A DNA stretch of 20,000 nucleotides from an uncultured virus (IMG/VR IMGVR_UViG_3300024319_000010) (taxonomy: Duplodnaviria > Heunggongvirae > Uroviricota > Caudoviricetes > Crassvirales). A program made the position numbers and the translations under genes. Where the stretch lies: the IMG/VR virus record IMGVR_UViG_3300024319_000010, one strand, 5' to 3'. The notes below the pieces were generated by a model that ran no database searches, was not told where the DNA came from, and worked only from the letters and a program-made list of their open reading frames with translations. Positions 1 through 8,302 of the stretch are shown here, piece after piece. The stretch's first letter is position 1, and each line of letters opens with the position of its first letter.

Positions 1-6
1 ACAATT

Positions 7-228
7 ATGTCAGATCCAATCATTAAAAAGTACAAACATCACATCTTATTAGATACAGGTGTAGTATGTGTACACTATCACAACAGTTCAGAAGTCAAGG
101 TCTATAATGACTACAGATCCTTTGCAATTGATCATCCACAACCTGCTTACCAACACTCACAGTTTTGGATTAAGGTTAAACAATATCTACAGAGTGTAGG
201 TATATCACGTAATACTACTGCATCATGA
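7..228 (+). CDS. Hypothetical protein, 73 aa
   Basis: ORF track; A-rich leader ACAATT-ATG; ATGA overlap with the next ORF at 225-228. Confidence 0.7.
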   Translation: MSDPIIKKYKHHILLDTGVVCVHYHNSSEVKVYNDYRSFAIDHPQPAYQHSQFWIKVKQYLQSVGISRNTTAS

Positions 229-431
229 AACACACCAAACTAATGCTAGCAGGTATCACAACATTTATATTAACATGGCTATTCATAGCAACCGTTGGTT
301 ATTTATTATCTAACGATTACACTATCAAACAATGCTTGACAAGTGTTGCTACTATATGGTTCATGTTAATGTTTGGTTGGTTACCTATCGTTCCTGTTTT
401 ATCAGATTTAGATAAGAAATATGGACTATAA
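225..431 (+). CDS. Small membrane protein, 68 aa, two hydrophobic segments
   Basis: Hydrophobic runs LMLAGITTFILTWLFIATVGYLL and VATIWFMLMFGWLPIVPVL; ATGA coupling to the previous ORF. Confidence 0.75.
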   Translation: MKHTKLMLAGITTFILTWLFIATVGYLLSNDYTIKQCLTSVATIWFMLMFGWLPIVPVLSDLDKKYGL

Positions 432-597
432 CACGGCAGCAATTGAGGCTTTGCGAAAAGAACTAACAAAGCTTCAGGCTGAGAACAAACAGCTTGAGAA
501 AGAGAATCAATTATTACTCATGTCTACAATCAGACTACGGGAAAAGATAAGTAAACTTAAACCGACAGTAATATCATCGTCTAACCTTAACATTTAA
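421..597 (+). CDS. Small coiled-coil protein, 58 aa (not in ORF track)
   Basis: Hand translation MDYNTAAIEALRKELTKLQAENKQLEKENQLLLMSTIRLREKISKLKPTVISSSNLNI; heptad-spaced leucines; fills the gap between neighbouring genes. Confidence 0.7.
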   Translation: MDYNTAAIEALRKELTKLQAENKQLEKENQLLLMSTIRLREKISKLKPTVISSSNLNI

Positions 598-600
598 TCA

Positions 601-753
601 ATGGATACATTTCAACACATAGCAATGAACTTTGCTACAGTACTCTACATAGTGTGCTTAACAGGATTTGCATTAGTATTTCCTGTTGCACTATTTAGAT
701 CAATCAAACAAGTAATAAGAGAAAGAAAAAACTGTCCTGATAACAGAATCTAG
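601..753 (+). CDS. Small single-pass membrane protein, 50 aa (not in ORF track)
   Basis: Hand translation MDTFQHIAMNFATVLYIVCLTGFALVFPVALFRSIKQVIRERKNCPDNRI; hydrophobic stretch then a basic tail; starts 3 nt after the previous stop. Confidence 0.7.
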   Translation: MDTFQHIAMNFATVLYIVCLTGFALVFPVALFRSIKQVIRERKNCPDNRI

Positions 754-770
754 TGAGATAGATAAGTTAT

Positions 771-800
771 GAGAGTGGGTCAGGCTGCTCTCTATTTTTT
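771..800 (+). terminator. Putative intrinsic terminator
   Basis: GAGAGTGG...CTGCTCTC stem with G-U pairs, followed by TATTTTTT, in an intergenic gap. Confidence 0.55.
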
Positions 801-827
801 AATCAATTTTTAAATCAATAAATAACA

Positions 828-1055
828 ATGTTTGCAAAACTTCCGGAAGACACCATTCTTCAGAGCATAGAGACAGGACGTTTCAGTGTTTTAAAATTGG
901 ACAACGACAACAGGTATACACAGCTTATGCAGGTGTATCCTAAATCATGGCACTCACACATTAAACAGGCATTTAGAATGCAGTGTGAAGAAATGATTAG
1001 CGAGTTAGTAACATACTCTAGTAATTTCAAGAATCAATTAGTCTTGTCAGTATGA
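828..1055 (+). CDS. Hypothetical protein, 75 aa
   Basis: ORF track; leader TAAATCAATAAATAACA-ATG; ATGA overlap with the next ORF. Confidence 0.7.
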   Translation: MFAKLPEDTILQSIETGRFSVLKLDNDNRYTQLMQVYPKSWHSHIKQAFRMQCEEMISELVTYSSNFKNQLVLSV

Positions 1056-1168
1056 AGAGAGTGTTAGTTCTATTAATTCTATCATTAGTACTAGGTGCTT
1101 GTGGTAGTACAACGTCATGCACAACCAAGGCGACTAATCGTGGTGGTGGATATTATATTAACAGATAA
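1052..1168 (+). CDS. Putative small lipoprotein, 38 aa (not in ORF track)
   Basis: Hand translation MKRVLVLLILSLVLGACGSTTSCTTKATNRGGGYYINR: basic n-region, hydrophobic h-region, lipobox-like LGA-C; ATGA overlap with the upstream stop. Confidence 0.75.
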   Translation: MKRVLVLLILSLVLGACGSTTSCTTKATNRGGGYYINR

Positions 1169-1234
1169 GTATTTGGCTAACGGTTCTGCCTAAGTAATAA
1201 GAACCATTTATAAATCAATAAAATACAATTAATT

Positions 1235-1774
1235 ATGGTACGAGTACAATCAACATCAGAAGTTTATCAAGATACTAATGGTAAGAACTTCAAAGTAGTA
1301 ACGTTAGAATCTCCAGGTTTCAGAGAAGTAGCTGATCCAATGACAGGAGAAATAGTTTATGCATTAGCAGCACCTAAAGTCACAAAGAAATGTGTGTGGG
1401 AAGCATCGTATTTAGATGAATCAAAACACTATCTTTATGACGCGACAAGTGGTCAAGCGGTTTACGGTACAATTGTAACAGCTCAAACAGATGAGTATAC
1501 AATTACGGGAAGCGACGGTGTAGAGAGAACAGTTAGCACTTACACTGGTTTCGTAGAAGGAACTAATGAAGATGCAAACTTTGAGTCTCTTATCTCAACA
1601 ATGCTAAGATCTGCTGGACGTGAAACTCCAGAGAATGCTATTCCAAAGCAAGAGATTGCTAAAGAGCATATTGCTGCTACAAAAGCAGGAGAACAGATCG
1701 ACATGGTCAATCAAATCGATGAGTTAGCTAAAGTTTCTGTAGAGGAAGCTGGAGACATTGAAGACCAATTCTAA
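1235..1774 (+). CDS. Hypothetical protein, candidate ssDNA-binding protein, 179 aa
   Basis: Beta-strand-like N-terminal two thirds with aromatic residues; acidic tail ending EEAGDIEDQF. The ORF is secure; the function is inferred. Confidence 0.5.
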   Translation: MVRVQSTSEVYQDTNGKNFKVVTLESPGFREVADPMTGEIVYALAAPKVTKKCVWEASYLDESKHYLYDATSGQAVYGTIVTAQTDEYTITGSDGVERTVSTYTGFVEGTNEDANFESLISTMLRSAGRETPENAIPKQEIAKEHIAATKAGEQIDMVNQIDELAKVSVEEAGDIEDQF

Positions 1775-1783
1775 TTACTAACC

Positions 1784-1820
1784 GAGAGGGGTGTCACACA
1801 TCGTGATGCCTCTCTTATTT
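1784..1820 (+). terminator. Hairpin / putative terminator
   Basis: GAGAGGGGTGTCAC-ACATC-GTGATGCCTCTCTT, a 14-bp stem including G-U pairs, followed by ATTT, just after the stop at 1774. Confidence 0.65.
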
Positions 1821-1836
1821 ATAAAACTACAACATT

Positions 1837-2052
1837 ATGAACGAATTATTTGATTACTGTGTAGAATTCCTACACTGGCTGAAACCATACTTTGGTATGA
1901 GTTACCAAGAAATAAACATTTGGATATTTATTATTATTGAGCCTATCATATTCTTTGTAATGTGTTGGTACATAATAAAACTTAAAAGAACGAACAAGAG
2001 TTTGCTGTTAAATATAAGGGTATTTGAACAGAAACTTAAACAATATAATTAA
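1837..2052 (+). CDS. Small membrane protein, 71 aa
   Basis: GMSYQEINIWIFIIIEPIIFFVMCWYII hydrophobic segment and a basic C-terminus. Confidence 0.75.
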   Translation: MNELFDYCVEFLHWLKPYFGMSYQEINIWIFIIIEPIIFFVMCWYIIKLKRTNKSLLLNIRVFEQKLKQYN

Positions 2053-2069
2053 ATTAACAGCAATAAGAT

Positions 2070-2372
2070 ATGTCAGAACTATTTATTACAAACACCAAAC
2101 GGTCAGGAAGACCAAGAAGAAACTATACAAGAGGACCATTGACAAACGCAGAGAAGCGATATGCTCATAAGTTCGTAGATAGTATGGTTAGAGATCAACA
2201 ACGTTTTAGTGTAATAGAGTTGCAAAGCACGATGTATGCTATAACCGGTAAGATTAGAAGCACAGACACTATTATTAAAATGGTTAATGCGTTTCTAGAT
2301 GATCCTAAAACAGGATACAAACCAAGCTGGTTCAAAAAGCAAGCAACTAAACTATTAAACCTAATAAGATAG
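2070..2372 (+). CDS. Basic hypothetical protein, 100 aa, possibly nucleic-acid binding
   Basis: KRSGRPRRNY basic patch; ends 2 nt before the polymerase start. Confidence 0.65.
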   Translation: MSELFITNTKRSGRPRRNYTRGPLTNAEKRYAHKFVDSMVRDQQRFSVIELQSTMYAITGKIRSTDTIIKMVNAFLDDPKTGYKPSWFKKQATKLLNLIR

Positions 2373-2374
2373 CT

Positions 2375-4222
2375 ATGAATTATTTGATAAGTAACAACCC
2401 TGAGCAGAAAGTATATGATGGTTTAATATTAACCACTCTTGAAGAAATAATTCCACATCTCAAAGCACAGATAATTGTTGGTTTCGACACAGAGACAACA
2501 GGGTTAAGATTTGACAGTGAAGAGTTGTTACTTGTTCAAATATCATCGAAGGAACACAACTATCTTATAGATGCACAATCAGTTGACTTACAGCCTATTA
2601 AAGGGCTGTTTGAATCAACACGTATAATTAAGATAGCGCACAATGTTAAGTTTGACTACAAGTTTCTAAAGTTCAACGGTATTACATGTGAGAATACATA
2701 TGATACTATGCTTGCGGAACAAGTATTAAACTGTGGCAAGACAAGCTTGCGTAATTCATTGAAAGATCTGCTTGAAAGATACTTAGATATATTTATAGAT
2801 AAGAAAACAAGATCATCGTTCATAGGACACAAAGGTACGTTTAGTAAAGCGCAGTTGTTCTATGGTATTGATGACACGTCTAATCTAATCAAGCTTAGAG
2901 AACTACAACTAGAGAGCATCAAAGATTTACAGCTTGAAGAGGTAGTTCAATTGGAGAATGATGCAGCATTAGCATTTGCTGACATAGAATACAACGGTAT
3001 TTATCTTGACAAAGACAAGTGGGAAGAGAATTATAACACTGTTAAAATAGATCTTGACAATGCAATAGAAGAATTAGATATGTTTATTGAACATGATCCT
3101 ACTTTTAAAAAGCATAAGCTACCTTTTTTACAGATGGATATGTTTAAGCCTATTGAGGAGATACGTAAAACAGATATACTATGGTCTTCACCAGCACAAG
3201 TACTTGATTTATTTCGAACTGTATCACCTCTATTAGAGAGTGTTAACGGTAAGTTACTGTTAATGCACACTGAAGATCATCCTATTATAAGTAAGTACAT
3301 TAAATATAAAGAAAAAGCAAAACTTTACAACGCCTATGGTCCTGATTTCTATAAGTATCTACATAACGATGGATGTGTCCACACAAACTTCAAACAAATA
3401 CTTAATACGGGTCGAGTTAGTTCGTCTAAACCTAACATGCAACAGATACCTGCCTCCAACTCGTATAGAAATGCCTTTACTCCTGGACACAAAAGCTGGG
3501 TGTTTGTATCATCCGATTTTTCTTCGCAAGAACTATGTATTATTGCCTACGGATCACAGGATCCAGTATGGCTTGATGCACTTAAAGAAGGGAAAGACTT
3601 GCATTCCATATGTGCTGACTTAATATTTGGTCAAGTATGGCGTGATGCAGAAGGAGATGATAAAGAACGTAAACGTCTACGTACTGCTGTAAAAGCAATT
3701 AACTTCGGTCTTGCCTATGGTATGTCAGAGTTTAAACTTGCCGATACATTGCAGATTACAGTGGAAGAAGCTAAAGAGATGATAGACAAGTATTTTACTG
3801 TGTTTCCATCTATTAAAAAGTTTCTTACACAGCTGGGTAACTTCGGTAAAGACAATGGTTACATCAGAACGTTTAAACCTTATCGCAGGATAAGATGGTT
3901 CGAAGAATGGGAGAACAACAAAAGAGATTTTGCTATTCTTGGTTCTATTGAACGTGCTTCCAAGAACACACCAATACAAGGTACAGGTGCAGATATGACT
4001 AAGCTAGCTCTTATAAAAGTAAGAGAGGTAATAGCTCTTAACAACTATCCTGTAAGACTTGTAATGACTGTTCACGATCAGATAGACACAGTATCTCACG
4101 AAGGATTTGCTGAAGAATGGTCTGGTATTTTAAAGAATACAATGGAAGAAGCAGCTTTACACATTATAGACAACGGTCTATTAAAAAGCGATACTAACAT
4201 CTCACTAGCGTGGGAAAAATAA
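2375..4222 (+). CDS. polA: DNA polymerase family A (3'-5' exonuclease plus polymerase, no 5'-3' nuclease domain)
   Basis: ExoI FDTETTG, ExoII AHNVKFD, ExoIII YGIDD; TGRVSSSKPNMQQIP; motif A DFSSQEL; motif B RTAVKAINFGLAYG; NTPIQGTGAD; motif C VHDQ. Confidence 0.97.
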   Translation: MNYLISNNPEQKVYDGLILTTLEEIIPHLKAQIIVGFDTETTGLRFDSEELLLVQISSKEHNYLIDAQSVDLQPIKGLFESTRIIKIAHNVKFDYKFLKFNGITCENTYDTMLAEQVLNCGKTSLRNSLKDLLERYLDIFIDKKTRSSFIGHKGTFSKAQLFYGIDDTSNLIKLRELQLESIKDLQLEEVVQLENDAALAFADIEYNGIYLDKDKWEENYNTVKIDLDNAIEELDMFIEHDPTFKKHKLPFLQMDMFKPIEEIRKTDILWSSPAQVLDLFRTVSPLLESVNGKLLLMHTEDHPIISKYIKYKEKAKLYNAYGPDFYKYLHNDGCVHTNFKQILNTGRVSSSKPNMQQIPASNSYRNAFTPGHKSWVFVSSDFSSQELCIIAYGSQDPVWLDALKEGKDLHSICADLIFGQVWRDAEGDDKERKRLRTAVKAINFGLAYGMSEFKLADTLQITVEEAKEMIDKYFTVFPSIKKFLTQLGNFGKDNGYIRTFKPYRRIRWFEEWENNKRDFAILGSIERASKNTPIQGTGADMTKLALIKVREVIALNNYPVRLVMTVHDQIDTVSHEGFAEEWSGILKNTMEEAALHIIDNGLLKSDTNISLAWEK

Positions 4223-4244
4223 TAACACTTTAAAACAATAAACA

Positions 4245-4844
4245 ATGGGATTTGATATTTACGGAATTAAACCACACAACCCTCAACATTTAGTTAAACC
4301 AGAGCTTGATTTCTCTAAAGACGTTACAGAAGAGCAAAAGGAAGAGTATTTTAATAGAATGGAACACTACGAAAGAAATGTACCAGGACATTACTTTAGA
4401 AATAACGTGTGGTGGTGGAGACCTTTATGGACTTATGTATGTACTTACACAGATGTTCTTACATCAGAGCAACAATATGAAGGAGGCAGTAACAGTGGTG
4501 CTGAAGTCAATGACGAACAATCTATTGAATTAGCAACTCAATTACACAAGCTTATAGACTCTGGACATACTGCAGAACATGAACAAGCACATATGAAAGA
4601 GTATGAGTTAGCTCAAATACGTAACAATGAACTTGAAGAAGCACGTAAAATACTACATGAAGTAGTTGTTGCAGAGACAGGGGATGATTCTATTGTACCT
4701 GCTAACTATCCAGAAAGTTTTAAAGAAGACTGGGATAGTTTGTGGGAACAGAAACAATGGGCAGGTAGCTACCCTTTTAGCACCGATAATATTAAAGAAT
4801 TCGCTAACTTCTGTTATGGATCAGGCGGCTTTCAAATTTGGTAA
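4245..4844 (+). CDS. Phage hypothetical protein, 199 aa
   Basis: Long ORF with aromatic motifs MGFDIYG, YFRNNVWWWRPLW and EFANFCYGSGGFQIW; function not recognised. Confidence 0.8.
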   Translation: MGFDIYGIKPHNPQHLVKPELDFSKDVTEEQKEEYFNRMEHYERNVPGHYFRNNVWWWRPLWTYVCTYTDVLTSEQQYEGGSNSGAEVNDEQSIELATQLHKLIDSGHTAEHEQAHMKEYELAQIRNNELEEARKILHEVVVAETGDDSIVPANYPESFKEDWDSLWEQKQWAGSYPFSTDNIKEFANFCYGSGGFQIW

Positions 4845-4847
4845 ACT

Positions 4848-5567
4848 ATGAATGGATTTAAAACAACAAGAAATGCAGTACTAGCACAGCCGGTACCGCA
4901 AGCTACTAATACTTATGGACCTGTAGCACATGAAACATTATTTGAACGTGTAGAATCTGAGATAGCACGTAACAACTGGGAGGTAGATGATATAAGTTAT
5001 AGAGGTGCAATGAATAACGATGTTGTTATTGCATATTATACTCTAGCAACTAAATCTAACTTACCTGTAAAGCCTATGATAGGTATTATAAATTCATACA
5101 ACAAGACACGACGTGTAGGAATTGCATGTGGTGCAAGAGTAATGATTTGTATGAATGGTATGATATCAGGAGAAGCTACAGCAGCTAAAGTACATCGTTC
5201 TAAAGTAATGGACCACTTAGATCAAATGATACATGTTACTCTAGGGTCATTAAGAAAGACCTTTGGAGAGATTAACAAAGATATAAATGATTTTAAAGAG
5301 CATAGATTAGATGGAATGACAGAAGTATCACACATGCTAGGTGAGCTTTACGTACGTGATAGTATACTAACACCTACACAAGCATCAGTAGTTAAGAGTG
5401 AGATTACTGATTCTGTACATTTTTCTATGAAAGAAGACACCGAGTCTTTTAACTCTTGGAACCTGTATAATAATGTAACCGAGGCTTTAAAACGTTCACA
5501 TCCGCTGAATGAGTTTAAAGACTATCACAAGGTGCATGATTATTTCAAAAACTATATAACTATATGA
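4848..5567 (+). CDS. DUF932/DUF945-like protein, 239 aa
   Basis: INSYNKT...GARVMICMNGM...H and WNLYNNVT match the NS(H/Y)-x-C-x-NG and W-x-x-(Y/F)N patterns as I recall them for this family. Confidence 0.7.
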   Translation: MNGFKTTRNAVLAQPVPQATNTYGPVAHETLFERVESEIARNNWEVDDISYRGAMNNDVVIAYYTLATKSNLPVKPMIGIINSYNKTRRVGIACGARVMICMNGMISGEATAAKVHRSKVMDHLDQMIHVTLGSLRKTFGEINKDINDFKEHRLDGMTEVSHMLGELYVRDSILTPTQASVVKSEITDSVHFSMKEDTESFNSWNLYNNVTEALKRSHPLNEFKDYHKVHDYFKNYITI

Positions 5568-6799
5568 AAATAGATCCAAAGAAACTTGCACGACAGAGAC
5601 GTGTGGTTGATGTTTGGAAACAATCAGGATACAAAGGTACTCTCGAAGCTGTAACAGGCTTTGGGAAAACCTATGTAGCGTGTCTTATCATACAAGATAT
5701 GAATAAGAAACTACCTGATAATACTACACTAGTTGTAGTTCCAACCAGATACCTATATGAACAATGGAAAGAGGTAACAACAAGCTTAGAGCTTAAGAAT
5801 GTTAAGATACAAGTAATCAATACTGGTGTTAAAGGCATGAGCTCTGTAGACTTGTTAGTTCTTGACGAGGTTCATAACTACGCCTCTGACGTATTTAAGA
5901 CTATCTTTTCTAATGTACACTATCATTATATACTAGGATTAACAGCAACTTTAGAACGTAGTGACAAGAAACACTACATTATAGAGCAGTATTGTCCTGT
6001 TATAGATACTGTGAGTATGAAAGAAGCTCTTGCTAATGGTTATGTATCCAATTTTAAGGTGTATAACCTCGGAATAGAGCTGAACGACAAAGATAGGTAC
6101 ACGTATGAAAAATTACACGACGGATTTAATAAGTATTTTAAGTGGTTTGACTTCAATTTTCAAGCTGCAATGAAATGTTTACAATCGCAGGAGTATAGAC
6201 AGCACTACGCAGCAAAGACAGGATATGATGTAAATGGTATCATGGCAGCTGCAGTACAATGGTCTAAAAATATGCGTAATCGTAAGACTTTTTTATACAA
6301 CCATCCGTCTAAGTTTTTGGCTGCGAAGGAATTAATCGATACCTTTGACGTCCCGACAATTACATTCTCTGAGACTGTAAAATTTGCTAACGAGCTTACA
6401 AAAACGTTGCAACCTTGGGCGGTTTCTTATCATTCTAAGATGAAGCCTTATGCTAAACAGATGGCAATTGAGAACTTCAAAGATCCTAAGAGTGACATCA
6501 AGGTTATATCAACAGCTCGTGCATTAGACGAGGGATTTGACATTCAAGGTGTATCTATGGCTATAGTATGCAGCGGTACCTCAACGTCTAGACAAGATCT
6601 ACAGCGTACAGGTAGAGCTATTCGTTGGGCTCCAGGCAAAACTGGTTTAATGATAAATCTATACATAACAGATACACAGGATGAAAAGTGGTTAAGACAG
6701 AGACAGAAGAAGACAATTAACGCTACTCACGTTAGTTCAGTTAAACAAATTAAAGAAGCATTGAGTAAAGCTTCTCTAGAATATTTAAACGTTATATAG
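5564..6799 (+). CDS. Superfamily 2 DExH helicase (XPB/UvsW-like)
   Basis: Walker A VTGFGKT, motif Ia VVVPT, DEVH, motif III TAT, motif V ALDEGFD, motif VI QRTGRAIR. Confidence 0.93.
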   Translation: MKIDPKKLARQRRVVDVWKQSGYKGTLEAVTGFGKTYVACLIIQDMNKKLPDNTTLVVVPTRYLYEQWKEVTTSLELKNVKIQVINTGVKGMSSVDLLVLDEVHNYASDVFKTIFSNVHYHYILGLTATLERSDKKHYIIEQYCPVIDTVSMKEALANGYVSNFKVYNLGIELNDKDRYTYEKLHDGFNKYFKWFDFNFQAAMKCLQSQEYRQHYAAKTGYDVNGIMAAAVQWSKNMRNRKTFLYNHPSKFLAAKELIDTFDVPTITFSETVKFANELTKTLQPWAVSYHSKMKPYAKQMAIENFKDPKSDIKVISTARALDEGFDIQGVSMAIVCSGTSTSRQDLQRTGRAIRWAPGKTGLMINLYITDTQDEKWLRQRQKKTINATHVSSVKQIKEALSKASLEYLNVI

Positions 6800-6800
6800 T

Positions 6801-7364
6801 ATGCTATTAAACACTCCGCAACAGTATGTAGACTATTTGTGTAAACACAATATTAGTCCAGATCAGTTCTTATTTCTTTATATTATTTATGAAAACGACT
6901 TTGCCTCATTATACAAGTATGTAAATGAGAATGGTGGCTTTGAATTAAGTAGTTTAGAAGATTTAGAGAACAGGGGGTATTTAATTAACGAGGGAGGTAG
7001 TGATACCTCATGGGCAGACAACTACACTGTGACAAATAAATTTATCAAAGAGCTGTATAATACAGATATATCAACTGCATATGATGAGTTTTTCGAAGCG
7101 TATCCATTACAAATTTACATTAACGGTAAAAAACTACCGGGCAGAAACGCTACAATGAAAACACGGACTTTTTACAAGAAGAGTATAGCACCTAAACGTG
7201 CCTTACATACAAAAGTAATGAGTTGTCTTGAATGGGCGGTTAACAATGCACAAATACACATGGGCATGGAACGCTGGATAGAGACAGAACAATGGAAAAC
7301 AATCGAACAACTAATGAAAACAGATATAGATGGATTTGAATCTCCAAACGACAAAGTTTACTAG
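6801..7364 (+). CDS. Putative replication initiator / helicase partner, 187 aa
   Basis: Helical N-terminus with LEDLENRGYL (wHTH-like) and a DEFFEAYP motif resembling phage replisome-organiser C-terminal domains; directly upstream of the DnaB-like gene. Confidence 0.5.
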   Translation: MLLNTPQQYVDYLCKHNISPDQFLFLYIIYENDFASLYKYVNENGGFELSSLEDLENRGYLINEGGSDTSWADNYTVTNKFIKELYNTDISTAYDEFFEAYPLQIYINGKKLPGRNATMKTRTFYKKSIAPKRALHTKVMSCLEWAVNNAQIHMGMERWIETEQWKTIEQLMKTDIDGFESPNDKVY

Positions 7365-8292
7365 TCTACAAATAAAGACTGCACAACAAGCTATTAAAGA
7401 AGCAGATCAGTTCTTGCATGAAGGTGCAACAGGACAACGTCCGTTTCTAGCTACCAGATGGCAAAAAGTAAACACAATGTTACTTGGTGGTTTTCATTTT
7501 GGTCAGACTTATATGTTATGTGGTGCATCAGGACACGGTAAATCATTTTTTGCTAACATGTTGCACACTGACTTTACATCTAATTATTTAGGTAATCAAG
7601 ATGTTAAGGTCCTGCATTTCTCTTTCGAGATGCATGCAAAAGACGAGATGATTCGTAAGATGAGTCAGTTAGGTAAAGTAGACTACAGAAAACTAGTCTC
7701 CTCTGACAACCCTTTATCTTTAGATGAATTAGAGTCTTTACGTAGTGAGTACGGTAAAATGAAGAATGAGAATGTCTTTTATGTAGAAACCCCCTCTAAC
7801 AGAGATAGAATTTATGCAACTATTAACGATTTTTGCAAGGAGTTTAAAGACTCTAAAATAGTTATCTCGTTAGATCATACCTTGTTAGTAGCCCCAAACC
7901 CAGGTGAAAACGAAATACAATCTCTTGCTGAACTTGGTAAAATGTTTATACAAGTCAGAAAAGAGTTTCAAACATGTAATATTTTGATTGGTCAGATGAA
8001 TGACAAGATGGAGAGTAAAGAGAGGAGAGATCCAACTAACCCTGCATTACATTATCCAACCAAGACAGACATACATGGTTCAAAGCAAATCTATCATGCT
8101 GCAGATGTAGTTATGGTATTACATCAGCCTATTTTATTAAACATAGAGCACTACGGTAAGAAACGATTTCCTACTACTGATCTTGTTGCCTTACACTGTT
8201 TAAAGAACAGAACAGGTACAGCAGGTCTAGTGCGTCTCAAGAATAATTTATCTCACGGTAGATTTGACGATTACAGTTCAACTTTATTTTAA
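7330..8292 (+). CDS. dnaB: DnaB-like (SF4) replicative helicase, C-terminal ATPase domain only
   Basis: H1 GASGHGKS, H1a FSFEM, H2 SLDHTLL, H3 IGQMN, H4 GSKQIYHAADVV, arginine finger KNRTG. Confidence 0.9.
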   Translation: MDLNLQTTKFTSLQIKTAQQAIKEADQFLHEGATGQRPFLATRWQKVNTMLLGGFHFGQTYMLCGASGHGKSFFANMLHTDFTSNYLGNQDVKVLHFSFEMHAKDEMIRKMSQLGKVDYRKLVSSDNPLSLDELESLRSEYGKMKNENVFYVETPSNRDRIYATINDFCKEFKDSKIVISLDHTLLVAPNPGENEIQSLAELGKMFIQVRKEFQTCNILIGQMNDKMESKERRDPTNPALHYPTKTDIHGSKQIYHAADVVMVLHQPILLNIEHYGKKRFPTTDLVALHCLKNRTGTAGLVRLKNNLSHGRFDDYSSTLF

Positions 8293-8302
8293 AAACAATT
8301 AT

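Noticed and set aside
1182..1205. GGTTCT...AGAACC inverted repeat as a preQ1-like riboswitch or attC-like site
   Set aside because: Only a 6-bp stem with a 12-nt loop; no convincing pseudoknot or paired core sites. It may be a minor leader hairpin.
2375..4222. DpoZ (2-aminoadenine) polymerase, or an intein/intron in polA
   Set aside because: No purZ, datZ or mazZ-like gene in the window; motifs are colinear at normal spacing with no insertion.
3336..4851. Alternative-frame + strand ORFs 3336-3623, 4306-4533 and 4666-4851
   Set aside because: Nested within polA or almost entirely within the 199-aa gene, with no motifs or leaders.
7330..7364. Programmed frameshift fusing the 187-aa ORF to DnaB
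   Set aside because: No clear slippery heptamer or stimulatory structure in the overlap, and the helicase has its own ATG.
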